Positions 39,287 through 50,999 of a DNA stretch of 64,000 nt are shown here, in pieces (positions within the stretch are counted from its first letter, which is position 1; each line of letters starts with the position of its first letter). The stretch covers positions 1 through 64,000 of the forward strand of contig CAWCKH010000004.1 of NCBI GenBank assembly GCA_963796055.1, written 5' to 3'. This stretch comes from an uncultured delta proteobacterium. GTDB taxonomy: Bacteria > Myxococcota > Myxococcia > Myxococcales > Myxococcaceae. The position numbers were made by a program, and so were the translations under genes. A model generated the notes under the pieces. The model did not search any database. It was not told the origin of the DNA and saw nothing but the letters and a program-made list of their open reading frames with translations.

Positions 39287-39356
39287 GACTGGAACGGTAA
39301 ACGAGCGTCAGGTGAGCGGACAATGTGCTCGACGCGCCCACCCGCGGGATTCGGCT

Positions 39357-40724
39357 TCAGGGCCGGGCGCGCGGGGGTTCGATGGCGGGCGGAACCAGCG
39401 CGCCGGGCGCGTCGGCCAGAGCCCAGGTCAGCCAGGCGGTCGCCGCCGACGTCTGGGCAAGCGCCACCGGGTCGATCTTGTCCAGGGTGTCCGCCGCCGA
39501 GTGGTGAACGTCGAAGTAGTGCGTGGGCTCCTGCCACAGGTGAACCGTTGGGAGCCCACGCTTTCTCGCCAGGGGCCCGAGGTCCGCCCCGTGGAGCGTG
39601 CCTGTCCTCGGCTGTGGGTCGAGGCCCACCACCGTCAGGGGCTTGAGCAGCGGGGCGAGGAAGGACTCGGCGCCCTCCCCGCCGCGGAGGATGACCCAGA
39701 GCGGGCGGCTGGCGCCGGCGTCCAGCTCCAGGGCAGCAGCGTGTCGCTCGGCTCCATGGGTCTCGGCGTAGGCCTCTGCTCCGAGCTCCCCGACCTCCTC
39801 GGACATGAAGAGGACGAAGCGGACGGTCCTCCGGGGCGCCGGCCGCATGCGGGCGATGAGTCGCGCCGACTCCAGCACCATCGCCACCCCGGTCCCGTCG
39901 TCCTGCGCTCCCACCGCGAGGTCCCAGGAGTCCAGGTGCGCGCCGAGCAGGACGACCTCCGCCGGCTTCTCCCGCCCACGGATCTCCCCCACCACGTTCG
40001 CCGAGCGAACGTCGGCCTCGGTCCGGCAGCCGAGCACCAGGCGCACCCGCACCGGTCCGGCCGCGAGCCAGCGGTGGAGCGCCTCGGCGTCCTCGGTGGC
40101 CAGGGCCACCGCCGGGATGGCCCGGTGGCCGTGCTCGAACAGGACCACCCCGGTGTGAGGCGAGCGGAGCGAGGCGCTCGCCGCGGAGCGCACCATCGTC
40201 GCCACCGCGCCCCGCTCCGCCGCCTTCGCTGGCCCGAAGGTCCGCAGCGCCGAGGCCTGGCCATATCCCTCGTGGGTCGACATGCCGTGGTGGAAGTAGA
40301 CGATCCGGCCCTGGACGCTGGCCGTGGCCAGCGCCTCCAGGCTGGTGACCTCCACCACCTCCGCCTCCACGCCTCCCGGTGGCGTGGGCGCGCTGCCGCC
40401 GAGGGCGGTGAGCGCCAGCGGCCAGGCACGCCTTCCCGGGCCGGCCAGCACCTCTCCGCGCTCCTCACCCCGGATCCAGTGCGGCACGGCGACCGGCTCG
40501 GTGCGCACCGGCACCCCTGCCGCCTGGAACTGCTCCACGGCCCAGCGCACGGCGTCCGCGGCGCCCTGCGACCCGCTGAGACGGGGGCCGATCCGGTCGG
40601 TGAGGTCGGTGACGGTGGCGAGCGTGGCGCCGTCGGTCAGCGCACGGCCGGCGATGCTCTCGAAGGCGGACGGAGCGGAGGAGGGAGCGGCTGCGAGGAG
40701 GGTGAGCGCGAGCGAACCGAGCAT
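39357..40724 (-). CDS. M28 family peptidase (carboxypeptidase Q-like)
   Basis: IGPRLSGS, GAHLDSWD, GAQDDGTG, EEVG and HHSAADT motifs. Confidence 0.9.
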   Translation of the reverse strand: MLGSLALTLLAAAPSSAPSAFESIAGRALTDGATLATVTDLTDRIGPRLSGSQGAADAVRWAVEQFQAAGVPVRTEPVAVPHWIRGEERGEVLAGPGRRAWPLALTALGGSAPTPPGGVEAEVVEVTSLEALATASVQGRIVYFHHGMSTHEGYGQASALRTFGPAKAAERGAVATMVRSAASASLRSPHTGVVLFEHGHRAIPAVALATEDAEALHRWLAAGPVRVRLVLGCRTEADVRSANVVGEIRGREKPAEVVLLGAHLDSWDLAVGAQDDGTGVAMVLESARLIARMRPAPRRTVRFVLFMSEEVGELGAEAYAETHGAERHAAALELDAGASRPLWVILRGGEGAESFLAPLLKPLTVVGLDPQPRTGTLHGADLGPLARKRGLPTVHLWQEPTHYFDVHHSAADTLDKIDPVALAQTSAATAWLTWALADAPGALVPPAIEPPRARP

Positions 40725-40758
40725 GGAGCGGTGTGCATGCCATAGACTGACCGGCACA

Positions 40759-42222
40759 GTGAGCGTTTCCGCCTTGCTCGCCTCGGTCGCCCTCGCCGCG
40801 GCTCCGTCCGAGCTCCGCTGGGGCGCGGACGCCGAGGGGGGCGCTCCGTACGTCTTCGAGCAGCCCCCCGGGCGCCTTCGCGGGTTCGAGGCCGAGCTGG
40901 CCGAGCTGCTGGCCGCGCGGCTCGGGCGCACCGCGCGTCACGTCCAGGGCCCCTTCGCGCAGCTGCTGCCACTGCTCGAGCGCGGCGACGTGGACGTGGT
41001 CATCAACGGGATCGAGGCCACCGAGGAACGCGCGCGGGCCTATGCGCTGACCCGGCCCTACTGGGCGGGCCCCGAGCGGCTGACCATCCGCCGCAACGAC
41101 CCGCACGCGCCGGCGGACCTGACCGATGTCCGCGGACGGCGAGTGGGGACGTTGCCCGGCACCCTGGCCGAGCGGATGCTCCGCGCCGCGGGCGCCGACG
41201 TCCACACCTACGATGGAGGGCAGGAGGATCCCTACCGGGACCTGGCGCTCGGCCGCACCGACGCGGTGCTGCTCGATGCGCCGATCGCGCTCTACTACGG
41301 GGACCGCCCGGAGCTGACCACCCTCCCCTCGGGGTTCGGTGAGCTCCGGTACGTGGTGGTGGCCCGGGCGAGCGACCCGCGCCTGGGGGATGCGCTGGAC
41401 GCGGCGCTCGCCTCGCTCACCGCCGACGGGACGCTCCCCGCCGTGCTCCAGCGCTGGGGTCTGTGGACCGAGGAGACAGCCCGGGTGCTCGGGGTGGAGA
41501 GAGCACCGTCCGGCCCGGCCACCGAGCTGGAGGCCTGGCGCGCCCGCCGGACCGAGGGCGTTTGGGGCGTGGGCGTGAGGCCGGTGCTGACGGCGCTCGG
41601 ACGCGGTGCCGCGGTCACCTTGTTCCTCTCCGTCGCGGCGATGGCCCTGGCGATGGTTCTCGGCGCGGCGCTGGCCCTGGCCCGGATCTACGGACCGGGA
41701 CCACTCTCGGCGCTCGCCCTGGGGTACGTGGAGCTGTTCCGCGGGACGCCACTGCTCCTGCAGCTCATCGTCGTCTACTACGGGCTTCCCGAGCTCGGCG
41801 TGCGCCTGAGCCCGCTGCTCGCGGGCTGGCTCGCCCTGGGGCTGAACTACGCCGCCGCGGAGGCGGAGAACGATCGGGCGGGGCTGCTCGCCGTGCCGCG
41901 CACCCAGATGGATGCGGCCCGGGTGCTGGGGCTCGGCCGCTGGCAGGCGGTCCGGCACGTGATCGCCCCCCAGGCAATGCGGGTGGCGCTGCCGCCGGTG
42001 ACCAACGACTTCATCGCCCTGCTCAAGGACAGCTCGCTGGTCTCGGTGGTGACGGTGACCGAGCTGACCAAGACCTACGGGACGCTGGCCGCGGCGACGC
42101 GGGACCACCTCGGGCTCGGGCTCCTGGTGGGAGTGATCTACTTGCTGCTCGGGCTGCCGTTCGCCCGGCTCTCCCGGTGGCTGGAGCGGCGCCTGGCGGC
42201 ACACCTGGAGGTGGCGCGTTGA
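40759..42222 (+). CDS. polar amino acid ABC transporter, fused binding protein and permease
   Basis: WGADAEGGAPY binding domain; FRGTPLLLQL and LLKDSSL permease motifs. Confidence 0.9.
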   Translation: MSVSALLASVALAAAPSELRWGADAEGGAPYVFEQPPGRLRGFEAELAELLAARLGRTARHVQGPFAQLLPLLERGDVDVVINGIEATEERARAYALTRPYWAGPERLTIRRNDPHAPADLTDVRGRRVGTLPGTLAERMLRAAGADVHTYDGGQEDPYRDLALGRTDAVLLDAPIALYYGDRPELTTLPSGFGELRYVVVARASDPRLGDALDAALASLTADGTLPAVLQRWGLWTEETARVLGVERAPSGPATELEAWRARRTEGVWGVGVRPVLTALGRGAAVTLFLSVAAMALAMVLGAALALARIYGPGPLSALALGYVELFRGTPLLLQLIVVYYGLPELGVRLSPLLAGWLALGLNYAAAEAENDRAGLLAVPRTQMDAARVLGLGRWQAVRHVIAPQAMRVALPPVTNDFIALLKDSSLVSVVTVTELTKTYGTLAAATRDHLGLGLLVGVIYLLLGLPFARLSRWLERRLAAHLEVAR

Positions 42223-42884
42223 GCGCGCTGGTGGTGGAGGGGCTCGTGCGGCGGGTGGGTGCCGAGCGGCGGGCGGTGCTCGACGGCGTGAGCCTGCGGG
42301 TGGAGCCCGGGCGGGTGGCGGTGGTGCTCGGCCCCAGCGGCTCGGGAAAATCCACCCTGCTCCGCTGTCTCGCGGGGCTGGAGACGTTCGACGCCGGCCG
42401 GGTGTCACTGGGCGGACTGGAGGTGCAGCCGGCGCAGCACGCCGCACTGCTCGGCCGGGTAGGCCTGGTGTTCCAGTCGATGGAGCTCTTTCCGCACCTC
42501 CGGGTGCTGGAGAACTGCACCCTGGCCCCGCGTCTCCGGGGAGATCCGCAGCCCGAGCGCGAGGCACGGACCTGGCTCGAGCGGCTGGGCCTGGCGGATC
42601 GTGCCGACGCCTGGCCGCAAGCGCTGTCCGGAGGGGAGCGTCAGCGGGTCGCGATCGCCCGCGCCCTGTCGTGCCGGCCGGCGGCGTTGCTCTGGGATGA
42701 GCCCACGAGCGCGCTCGACCCCGAGCGCAAGCGCGAGGTCGCGGCGCACGTGGCGGCGGTCCGCGCCTGGAACATTCCCCAGGTCGTGGTCACCCACGAT
42801 GCCGAGCTCTCCGCGGCACTGTTGGCCGAGCGCTACCGGCTCGATGACGCACGGCTCACCCCGCTCACGACCGGGACGGGCTGA
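42219..42884 (+). CDS. amino acid ABC transporter ATPase
   Basis: GPSGSGKST, LSGGERQRVAIARAL, DEPTSALD. Confidence 0.9.
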   Translation: MSALVVEGLVRRVGAERRAVLDGVSLRVEPGRVAVVLGPSGSGKSTLLRCLAGLETFDAGRVSLGGLEVQPAQHAALLGRVGLVFQSMELFPHLRVLENCTLAPRLRGDPQPEREARTWLERLGLADRADAWPQALSGGERQRVAIARALSCRPAALLWDEPTSALDPERKREVAAHVAAVRAWNIPQVVVTHDAELSAALLAERYRLDDARLTPLTTGTG

Positions 42885-42979
42885 CCTGCCTCGGCCAGGT
42901 CGGAATGCCCCTCGCCAATCGCCACGAAGGGTTAGGTTCCCCCGCGGGCATGGTCGGACGGGGAGGTTCCGGGGCAGGC

Positions 42980-43459
42980 GTGAGATTGCAGCTCGGAGTC
43001 CTGGTGACCGGGCTGCTGCTCTCCCGGCTGTCGGGGGCGGAGCCGGCACGCTTCGCCCTGCAGGGCGGTCAGTGGGGACTCGGGGGAACCGCGGAGCACG
43101 CCCTGGCGGTGCAGCTCGAGCTCCGTCCGGGCGTGCACTGGCGGTGGGTGCGCCCCACCGGGGGCCTCCTGCAGTCCACCGACGGAACCCAGTTCGTCTT
43201 CGCCGGCGTGCTGATCGACATCCCGCTGGCCTGGGGCCTGACGCTCTCGCCGGGGCTCGCGCCGGGGATCCGCACCGTGGACGGCACGCGGAACTTCGGC
43301 TCGCACCTGCTGTTCAAATCGTCGGTCGAGCTCGGGTTCCCGCTCTTCCCCGGGCTGCGTGGCCTGGTGAGCTTCGCTCACATCTCCAACGGGAAGCTGG
43401 CGACGCCCAACCCCGGAATCGAGGTTCTGAACTTCGGCTTCGAGGTCGCGCTGGAGTGA
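42980..43459 (+). CDS. pagL: lipid A 3-O-deacylase (PagL-like) beta-barrel
   Basis: HISNG...NPGIE catalytic motif. Confidence 0.75.
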   Translation: MRLQLGVLVTGLLLSRLSGAEPARFALQGGQWGLGGTAEHALAVQLELRPGVHWRWVRPTGGLLQSTDGTQFVFAGVLIDIPLAWGLTLSPGLAPGIRTVDGTRNFGSHLLFKSSVELGFPLFPGLRGLVSFAHISNGKLATPNPGIEVLNFGFEVALE

Positions 43460-43605
43460 CCGCCAGGGTCAGTCGAAGTGCAGCTGATCGAACGGCACCG
43501 GCACCGCGTTCCAGCTCGTCTGGCACCCGCCGGGGGCGCCGCTTTCCCGAGCGGTTCCGACCGCGGTGCCCTGTGCGACGTGGTGCGCGGCGCCGCGCCC
43601 ACCAG

Positions 43606-43679
43606 CGACCCCGGCGTGACTCGAACACGCAACCATCGGCTTAGAAGGCCGACGCTCTATCCAGTTGAGCTACGGGGCC
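43606..43679 (-). tRNA. tRNA-Arg(TCT)
   Basis: Cloverleaf; anticodon arm TCGGC-CTTCTAA-GCCGA. Confidence 0.95.
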
Positions 43680-43753
43680 GGTTGCTCGTGAGGCTCCGCA
43701 GTCCTAAGCCGGGCCCGCGCTCTCCCGCAAGTTCCCGGAGCGTCGCACCCGGG

Positions 43754-44332
43754 TCAGTGCGAGATCTTCGTCCCCAGCACGCCGAGGAACTTGCCGATCC
43801 AGTCCGCGTTCGCGGGCCAGGCGGGCGCGGTCACCAGATTTCCGTCGACCACCGCCCGGTCGATGGGTCCGTCCATGTACTCGCCCCCGGCGAGCCGCAC
43901 GTCCGGCGCGCAGGCCGGGTAGGCCGAGACCTTTCGGCCCCGGATGACGTCGGCCGCGGCCAGAATCTGTGCGGCGTGGCAAATGGCGGCGATGGGCTTC
44001 TTGCTCTCGGCGAAGTGGCGCACCGTGGCCAGCACCGTCCGGTCCAGCCGGAGGTACTCGGGGGCCCGGCCGCCGGGGATGACCAGCCCGTCGTAGTCGT
44101 GCGGCTTCACCTCGGCGTAGGTGGCGTTGAGCGTGAAGTCGTGTCCGCGCTTCTCGGTGTACGTCTGGTCGCCCTCGAAGTCGTGCACCGCGGTGCGGAT
44201 CTTCTCCCCGGCCAACTTGCCCGGGCAGGCCGCGTGCACGGTGTGCCCCACCGCCTGAAGCGCCTGGAAAGGGACCATCACCTCGTAGTCCTCACCGAAG
44301 TCGCCGACCAGCATCAGGATCTTCTTCCCCAT
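43754..44332 (-). CDS. DJ-1/PfpI family protein
   Basis: [18 protein letters not shown] and AICH motifs. Confidence 0.92.
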   Translation of the reverse strand: MGKKILMLVGDFGEDYEVMVPFQALQAVGHTVHAACPGKLAGEKIRTAVHDFEGDQTYTEKRGHDFTLNATYAEVKPHDYDGLVIPGGRAPEYLRLDRTVLATVRHFAESKKPIAAICHAAQILAAADVIRGRKVSAYPACAPDVRLAGGEYMDGPIDRAVVDGNLVTAPAWPANADWIGKFLGVLGTKISH

Positions 44333-47300
44333 CGCGGTGCCTCCTCGCGGGCCGGGGCAGCCTCCTCCCCGTTCACCACCGACTCTATGTCATGGAGACT
44401 CACCGGCTTGACCAGGTGCCGGGAGAACCCGGCCCGGAGCGCGGCTGCCCGGTCGGCCTCCTGTCCGTATCCACTCACCGCCACCATCCGGAGGTCGGGG
44501 TGCTCGGACCGGAGACGCTGGGCGAGCTCGTACCCGTCGATGACCGGAAGGCCGATGTCGAGCAGCGCCAGATCGGGCACGTTCTCCCGGGCCATCCGCA
44601 GCGCTTCGAGCCCGTCGTGGGCCACACGGACCCGGTTGCCGAGCAGCTCCAGTGCCTCGGCGATGCTCTCCGCCGCGTCCACGTTGTCGTCGACCACCAG
44701 GATGTGCAGCCCCCGGTCCGGCGCGCCACGGATTGCCGGTTCCACCCGCGCCCCCGAGCCGTCGGAGAGACCCGTGGCGACCGCCAGCGGAAGGCGCACG
44801 CTGAAGGTGCTTCCCTTGCCTGGACCCGGGCTCTCCACCTGCACCGTCCCTCCGTGCAGCTCGGTGAGGCTCTTCACCAGCGCCAGACCCAGCCCGAGGC
44901 CGCCCTTCGCCCGGTCGCGGTCCTGGCGGGCCTGGAAGAAGGTGTCGAACACCCTCGGCCCCAGCTCGGGCGGAATGCCGACCCCGTCGTCGCGGACCGA
45001 GATGCCCACCTGCCCTTCCTCCCGGTGCGCGGTCACCAGGATGTTTCCCCCTGGATCGGTGTACTTCGCCGCGTTGTGCAGGAGATTGAAGAGCACCTGG
45101 GCCAGCCGGGCAGGATCGACGACCACCTTGAGCCCGGTTCTGGGCACCGTCAGCCGCAGATGGTGTCCACGCTCCTCCAGCAAGGGGCTGACCTGTTCCA
45201 CCGCCGCCGAGATCACCGCTGCCAGCTCCACCGTCTCACGCTTGAGCTCGATCTTCCCCTGAGCGATGCGCGACACGTCGAGCAGATCGTCCACCAGGCG
45301 GGCCATGTGCTGCACCTGCCGCTCGAGGATCCCGCGTTCCCGCTCGAGCACCTGCGGCGCCCGGAGGCGCATCAGCTCCAGGGTGGTGAGCATCGGGGAA
45401 AGCGGATTTCGTAGCTCGTGGCCGAGCATGGCCAGGAACTCGTCCTTGGTCCGGTTCGCCGTCTCCGCCGCCTGGCGTGCCCGCACCAGCTCGGTCACGT
45501 CGGTGGCGACCACGGCGATCGCGTCCACGCTGCCCTCTTCGTTCTTCAGCGGCTCGTAGACCAGATTGAAGAAGCATTCCTCCAGCTCGGAACCAGCGTG
45601 GCGCCCGAGCATCACCCGCATCGCGGGCTCGATGAACGGACGTCCCGCCTCCAGCACGCCCCGGAGGTTGGCGAAGACCGTCTGTCCGTGCAGCTCCGGC
45701 AAGGCGGTGAGGAGCGGCTTGCCCAGCACCTCGCGGCCGCCGACCAGGGCGCGGTAGAAGGGGTTGGCGAAGTCGTAGACCAGGTCCGGACCTCGAAGGA
45801 TCGCGATCGCCACCGGCGCGTTCTCGAAGACCGAGGCCAGCTGCCGGGCGCTCTGCCGCTCCAGCCGGCGGAGCATCCGCCGTGCGAGGTGCGCGTCGAT
45901 GCGGGCCAGGAGCTCGCGGGCGGAGAACGGCTTGACCAGGTAGTCGTCCGCTCCAGCCTCGAGCCCCTCGCTCTGCGCCTCCTCGCCCGCGCGCGCGGAG
46001 AGCATCAGCACCGGGGTGTCCTCGAGCTGGGGGTGGGCGCGGATCGCCGCCACCAGCCCGAACCCGTCCAGCTCCGGCATCATCACGTCGGTGAGCACCA
46101 GGTCGGGCCGGCCTCTCTTCGCCGCCGCCAGCGCCTCGGTGCCGGTGCGCACCGCCTCGACCTCGAACCGGCCCTCCAGCAGCCGGACCAGATAGTCGCG
46201 CATGTCCGCGTTGTCGTCGGCCAGCAGCACCCGCGGCAGCTCGGTCGGGCTGCGCGTCTGCCGGAGGCGAGGGCGCGCCGGTGTCGGGAAGCCAGCGGAG
46301 CGCCTCCTCCACGTACGCCTCTGCCTGCCGGAGCTGGGTCTGGCCCTCGCCGTGCTCGACCCGGGCCGGTTCCAGGTGCGCGTGGCCGAGCGGGAGGCGG
46401 ATCTCGAACTCGCTCCCCTCGTCCAGCCGACTCCGGGCGCCGATGCTACCTCCGTGCAGCCGGACCAGATCGCTGACCAGCGCCAGCCCGATGCCCGAGC
46501 CCTCCTGGGTCCGGGCCCGGGCGCCCACCACGCGGTGGAACCGCTCGAAGACCCGCGGCAGCTCGGCCTCGGGGATGCCGGTCCCGGTGTCCCGGACGCG
46601 GAGCACCGCCTGCCGTCCCTCGATCCGCAGCGAGACCGCCACCTTCCCCTCGAAGGTGAACTTCAGCGCGTTGGAGAGGAGGTTGAGGACGATCCGCTCC
46701 CACATCTCGCTGTCGACGTAGACCGGCGTGCCGAGGTCCGGGGTCTCGACCTCGAGCTCGCACACCGGCGCGTTCGAACGCCGCCCGGAAGCTGCCAGCC
46801 AGGTCCCGGGTGTGCCGGGCGAGGTCGATGGGGCGGAAGACCGCGTTCGCCCGGCCCGCCTCGAGCCTGGAGAACTCGAGCAGCGCGTTCACCAGCCGCT
46901 GCAGTCGGAGCACGTTCCGGCGCATGACATCCAGCTGGCCGGCGAGCTCGTCTGGAAGTGTCCGCGAACTGCGCAGCTCGTCCAGCGGTCCCAGGAGAAG
47001 GGTGAGCGGGGTCCGGAACTCGTGGCTGATGTTGTTGAAGAAGGTGGTCTTGGCCCGATCGAGCTCCGCCAGCGCCTCGGCACGGCGCTTCTCCTCCTCG
47101 AAGGCCCGTGCGGTCTCGAGCGACGAGGCGAGGGCGGCGCCGACGAGCTCGAAGAAGGTCCGGTACGCCTCGTCGAAGGCCAGCATCGGGCTCCGGCCGA
47201 GGACCAGAACCCCGCTCAGGCCGGAGCCAGCCTTCGCGATGGGGAGCACCCACCCTCGGGGGCCAGCGCTCTCCCGGGTGGCCGAGGGAAGCGGCAGCGG

Positions 47301-48053
47301 GCTCCTGCTGACCCTGAGCCGCTCGACGTAGTCTCCGAGCACGCCAGAGAGTGCCTCCTCCTCGGCCTTCTCCAGTCCCACGGTGACGCTGCGCTCGGGT
47401 CCCCGCTCGCCCAGCTCCCGGTAGACGGCCCACGGAACGTCGGCGGCACTCTCGCGCAAGGCCTCGATCGCCAGTACCAGAGCGCTGGCTTCGGTGCGCC
47501 CCACCGCGGCGATCTCCGCCAGCCGGCGCAGCGTCCGGGTGCGGCGCCCGGCGAGCACCTGGCTGGTCGTCTCGACCACCGAGCAGAACACCCCGGCCAC
47601 CCCGCCTTCCTCGTGGCGGATGGGGCTGTAGGAGAAGGTGAAGTAGCACTCCTCGGGAAACCCGTTGCGTTCCAGGGGAAGCATCAGGTTCTCGGAGAAG
47701 GTGGATTCTGCGCGGGACATCACCGCTTCGAGCATCGGGCCGATGACGTGCCAGATCTCCGCCCAGCACTCCCGGGCTCGTTGCCCCAGGGACCGGGGAT
47801 GCTTGGCGCCGAGCATCTGCCGGTAGGCGTCGTTGTACAGCATGATCAGCTCGGGACCCCACCAGACGAAGACCGGCATCCGCGAGTTGAGGCAGATGCT
47901 GACCGCTGTCTTGAGGCTCTGCGGCCAGTCCCGGGTATCTCCCAGTGGAGTGACGGCCCAGTCCTTGCGGCGCATCTCGCTCCCGAGCGCACCTCCGCCG
48001 GCGAGAAAGTCGAGGGCGCCGTCGTCGATGGGTTTCCGAATGCCGCTGATCAT
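44314..48053 (-). CDS. hybrid sensor kinase (PAS/GAF-HisKA-HATPase-REC-PAS-HisKA-HATPase-REC) split by two frameshifts near 46765 and 46250
   Basis: [35 protein letters not shown] and VVDDN spread over three ORFs. Confidence 0.85.
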
Positions 48054-48239
48054 TCCCCGCCGCTCTCGGTCGGGACAGTGGGTGCGACTCCCGGTCGAGA
48101 GCCGGATACTTGCCACGGCCCGGGTGCTGGGGACCGGCCGAGGGAGGCGGTCGTTCACCACCAAACGGGGGACCGGCCACTTCCAGCCGTGCTATCCCGG
48201 TGATGAACGCCGCCTGGAGCTTCCCCGGAGGTCGGGACG

Positions 48240-49901
48240 ATGACTGCCTTGCTGCTGTCCGTCGTGCTCGCGGCGAGCCCCTCGCCAAGTTACGGGGTAC
48301 TGGACTTTCCCATCAGCGGGAACGCCGAGTGCCGGCGCCTCTTCGTGCGGGGGATGCTCCAGCTGCACTCCTTCCAGTACGACGACGCGCACGAGAGCTT
48401 CCAGTCCGCGGCGAAGGCGGATCCGCGCTGCGCGATGGCGCACTGGGGCGACGCCATGGCCTATAGCCACCCGATCTGGGGTGAGGAGCAGGTCCAGTCG
48501 GCCCGGGCCGCGCTGTCCCTGGTGAAGAACGAGGGGGAGCTCAAGCCCACCGAGCGCGCGCACCTCGCGGCGGCCCGGGCGCTGTACGGGCCGGGCGACA
48601 TCCAGGAGCGCCACCGCGCCTGGCTGGAGGAAACGGAGCGCGCGCACCGGGCGTTCCCGGGGGACGACGAGCTGGCCCTGCAGCATGCGCTCGCCCTCAT
48701 GGCCAACGCCGAGAATTTCCGGAACACCGGTCGGCTGATGAAGGCCGCGGCCATCGCCATGGACGTGTTCCGGCGCAAGCCCAACCACCCCGGCGCGGCG
48801 CACTACCTCATTCACGCCTGCGATACGCCGGACCACGCGGTGCTCGCGCTGCCCGCGGCCCGCAAGTACGCGCGGATCGCGCCGGCCTCGTCGCATGCCC
48901 GGCACATGCCCTCGCACATCTTCGTCCAGCTCGGGATGTGGTCGGATTCGGCGGCCTCCAACGAGGACGCCTGGGCCGCCTCGGAGCAGCGGGCCACGAG
49001 CCGGAAGCTGGGGCAGGCCGACCGCGACTACCACACCTACTCCTGGCTCGGGGCCTCGTACCTCGAGCTGGGGCGCTTCACCCGGGCGCGGGCCGTCCTC
49101 GACGACATCGCCTCGCGGATGAAGGAGGAGGACGGAGCGGACATCCGGTTCAATTACGCCCAGCTCGCCCGGAAGTATCTCGCCGACACCGGCCGCTGGT
49201 CCGAGGCGAAGGCGCTGTTCGCGCTGATGGAGACGCCGTACGTGGAGAAGGGGGAGCCCGAGGGCAGTCTGGGGTGTGCGCTGCACAGCCCGACCAGCGG
49301 GGCCGACGAGGTCCGTGTCCCGGTCGGGCTCTTCGCCCGGGATGGGATGCAAGCCGCGCTCGCCGACGCAGCGATGCGCGCCGGCGACGAGTCCGGAGTC
49401 AAGGCGCAGCTCGCGGCCATGGATCGGACGCACGAGGCGATGGAGCCCTGGGCAAAGATGCTCCCCCCGGACCGCGCGGAGCGGGCGAAGCTGCAGGCCG
49501 CGGCGTACCTCGCCGGGGCGCGTGCGTTCCGCGAGCCAACCCCGGAGAGCTGGAGCGCCGCGGCCGAGTCGATGACCCGCTATGCGGACGCCATCGAGAA
49601 GCGACCGCCCTCCGGGCCCGCCTTCGGGCCGCCGGCGCGGCTCCTGGTGGCGGACTTCCTGCTCGAGGCCAACCGGACGAAGGAGGCGCTGGCGGCCTAC
49701 GACACCACCCTGCTCCGCTTCCCGAATCTCTCTCGCGCCCTGCTCGGCTCGGCGCGCGCAGCGCAACGGGGCGGCGATGCGGTGACCGCCCGCGAGCGGT
49801 ACGCGACGCTCGCCGCGCAGTGGAAGAATGCCGACCCCGGCGTCCCCGAGCTGGACGAGGTGCGGACCGGGGCACGGGCCCAGCGCACCAGCCGGCGCTG
49901 A
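48240..49901 (+). CDS. secreted TPR-repeat protein
   Basis: DPRCAMAHWG, HPGAAHYLIH and HARHMPSHIF motifs. Confidence 0.8.
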   Translation: MTALLLSVVLAASPSPSYGVLDFPISGNAECRRLFVRGMLQLHSFQYDDAHESFQSAAKADPRCAMAHWGDAMAYSHPIWGEEQVQSARAALSLVKNEGELKPTERAHLAAARALYGPGDIQERHRAWLEETERAHRAFPGDDELALQHALALMANAENFRNTGRLMKAAAIAMDVFRRKPNHPGAAHYLIHACDTPDHAVLALPAARKYARIAPASSHARHMPSHIFVQLGMWSDSAASNEDAWAASEQRATSRKLGQADRDYHTYSWLGASYLELGRFTRARAVLDDIASRMKEEDGADIRFNYAQLARKYLADTGRWSEAKALFALMETPYVEKGEPEGSLGCALHSPTSGADEVRVPVGLFARDGMQAALADAAMRAGDESGVKAQLAAMDRTHEAMEPWAKMLPPDRAERAKLQAAAYLAGARAFREPTPESWSAAAESMTRYADAIEKRPPSGPAFGPPARLLVADFLLEANRTKEALAAYDTTLLRFPNLSRALLGSARAAQRGGDAVTARERYATLAAQWKNADPGVPELDEVRTGARAQRTSRR

Positions 49902-50996
49902 TCAGCCGGCGGCCCGAAGGGGCGACAGCCGGGAGAAGAAGTCCCGGGTCACCTCGCGTCCAGCGTTCATGTAACCCGGCCACCGCCGGCGATCGACGAA
50001 GGTCTGGTAGAACTTGCCCCCGCGCACCGCCTCGTAGGCCACGGGGTGCAGGAGCGTGAGCCGGTCTCCGGCCAGGAGCGCCTGCTCGCGGGCCAGCGCC
50101 ACCATCCCGGACCAGCGGAGCTGACCGCTCGCCCGGAGAATGGCGAACGAGCGCTGGCGCCAGCCGGTGACGTCCTCGCCCTCGAAGCCCACCGGCAGGT
50201 AGCAGTTGAGCCCCAGCACCCGGTCGGGCTTGACCTCCAGCACCGGGCGCACCGGAAAGATGTCGATGATCCCCCCGTCCCCGTAGACGTGGGCGCCGAT
50301 CTGCACCGGCTCCACGAAGATGGGGATCGCGACGGAGGTGCGGGCTGCCACCGCCACCGGCAGATCGGGCGTGGTGCGGGTGCCGAACATCTCCACCCGG
50401 TTCCGGTCGATGTTCCAGGCCGGCATGGAGAACGGGATGCGCGTCTCGCCCAGCCGGCGATCGCCGACCAACCCGCGGAGGGAACGCTCCAGCGCCTCCC
50501 CCCGGAGAAGCCCGGCCCAGCCCCCCATCGCCCGTCGGGCCGAGCGGGCCAGGGCGCCCCAGTCCACGTCCACGTAGTCAGCGCGGCGGAGACCGAGCCA
50601 GAACCGGGCGATGGCGGCCGAGTCCAGGCCGCACGCCCAGAGCACGGCGAAGAGCACCGACCCCGAGGCCGCGGAGAGGGCGGCGGGCTCGAGACCCGCC
50701 TCCTCGAACGCGCGCTGAACCCCGACACAGGCGCTGGTCGCCCCGCTTCCACCGGAGACCACGACCGCCAGCTTCTCGCCCCGGAGTGCCGGGACCTCCT
50801 CCGGCTCGAACGGCGGAAAGGGATCCGGGTCGATGACCGGCTCACGATCCGTCGGCAGCGGCAGGAGCGTGCGCCGCAGCACGGCGAGGAACTCGGGGTC
50901 CTCGCGCATGGCCCTCCAGCCGTCCTGGCCGGCCGAGACCGCGTCGAAGAACGGCCGGAGGTTGTTCGGGTCCAGCAGTCGGACCAGGCGGCTCAT
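49902..50996 (-). CDS. patatin-like phospholipase
   Basis: SGG Gly-rich loop, AASGS elbow, DGG motif. Confidence 0.75.
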   Translation of the reverse strand: MSRLVRLLDPNNLRPFFDAVSAGQDGWRAMREDPEFLAVLRRTLLPLPTDREPVIDPDPFPPFEPEEVPALRGEKLAVVVSGGSGATSACVGVQRAFEEAGLEPAALSAASGSVLFAVLWACGLDSAAIARFWLGLRRADYVDVDWGALARSARRAMGGWAGLLRGEALERSLRGLVGDRRLGETRIPFSMPAWNIDRNRVEMFGTRTTPDLPVAVAARTSVAIPIFVEPVQIGAHVYGDGGIIDIFPVRPVLEVKPDRVLGLNCYLPVGFEGEDVTGWRQRSFAILRASGQLRWSGMVALAREQALLAGDRLTLLHPVAYEAVRGGKFYQTFVDRRRWPGYMNAGREVTRDFFSRLSPLRAAG

Positions 50997-50999
50997 GGC

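Noticed and set aside
40759..42222. Binding protein-permease fusion as a novelty
   Set aside because: This is a common architecture among polar amino acid ABC transporters.
44314..48053. Hybrid kinase as a pseudogene or programmed frameshift
   Set aside because: Similar single-base shifts appear in recX, the small ORF near 54670 and probably tnpB, and there are no slippery motifs. Sequencing or assembly indels are more likely; reads are needed to decide.
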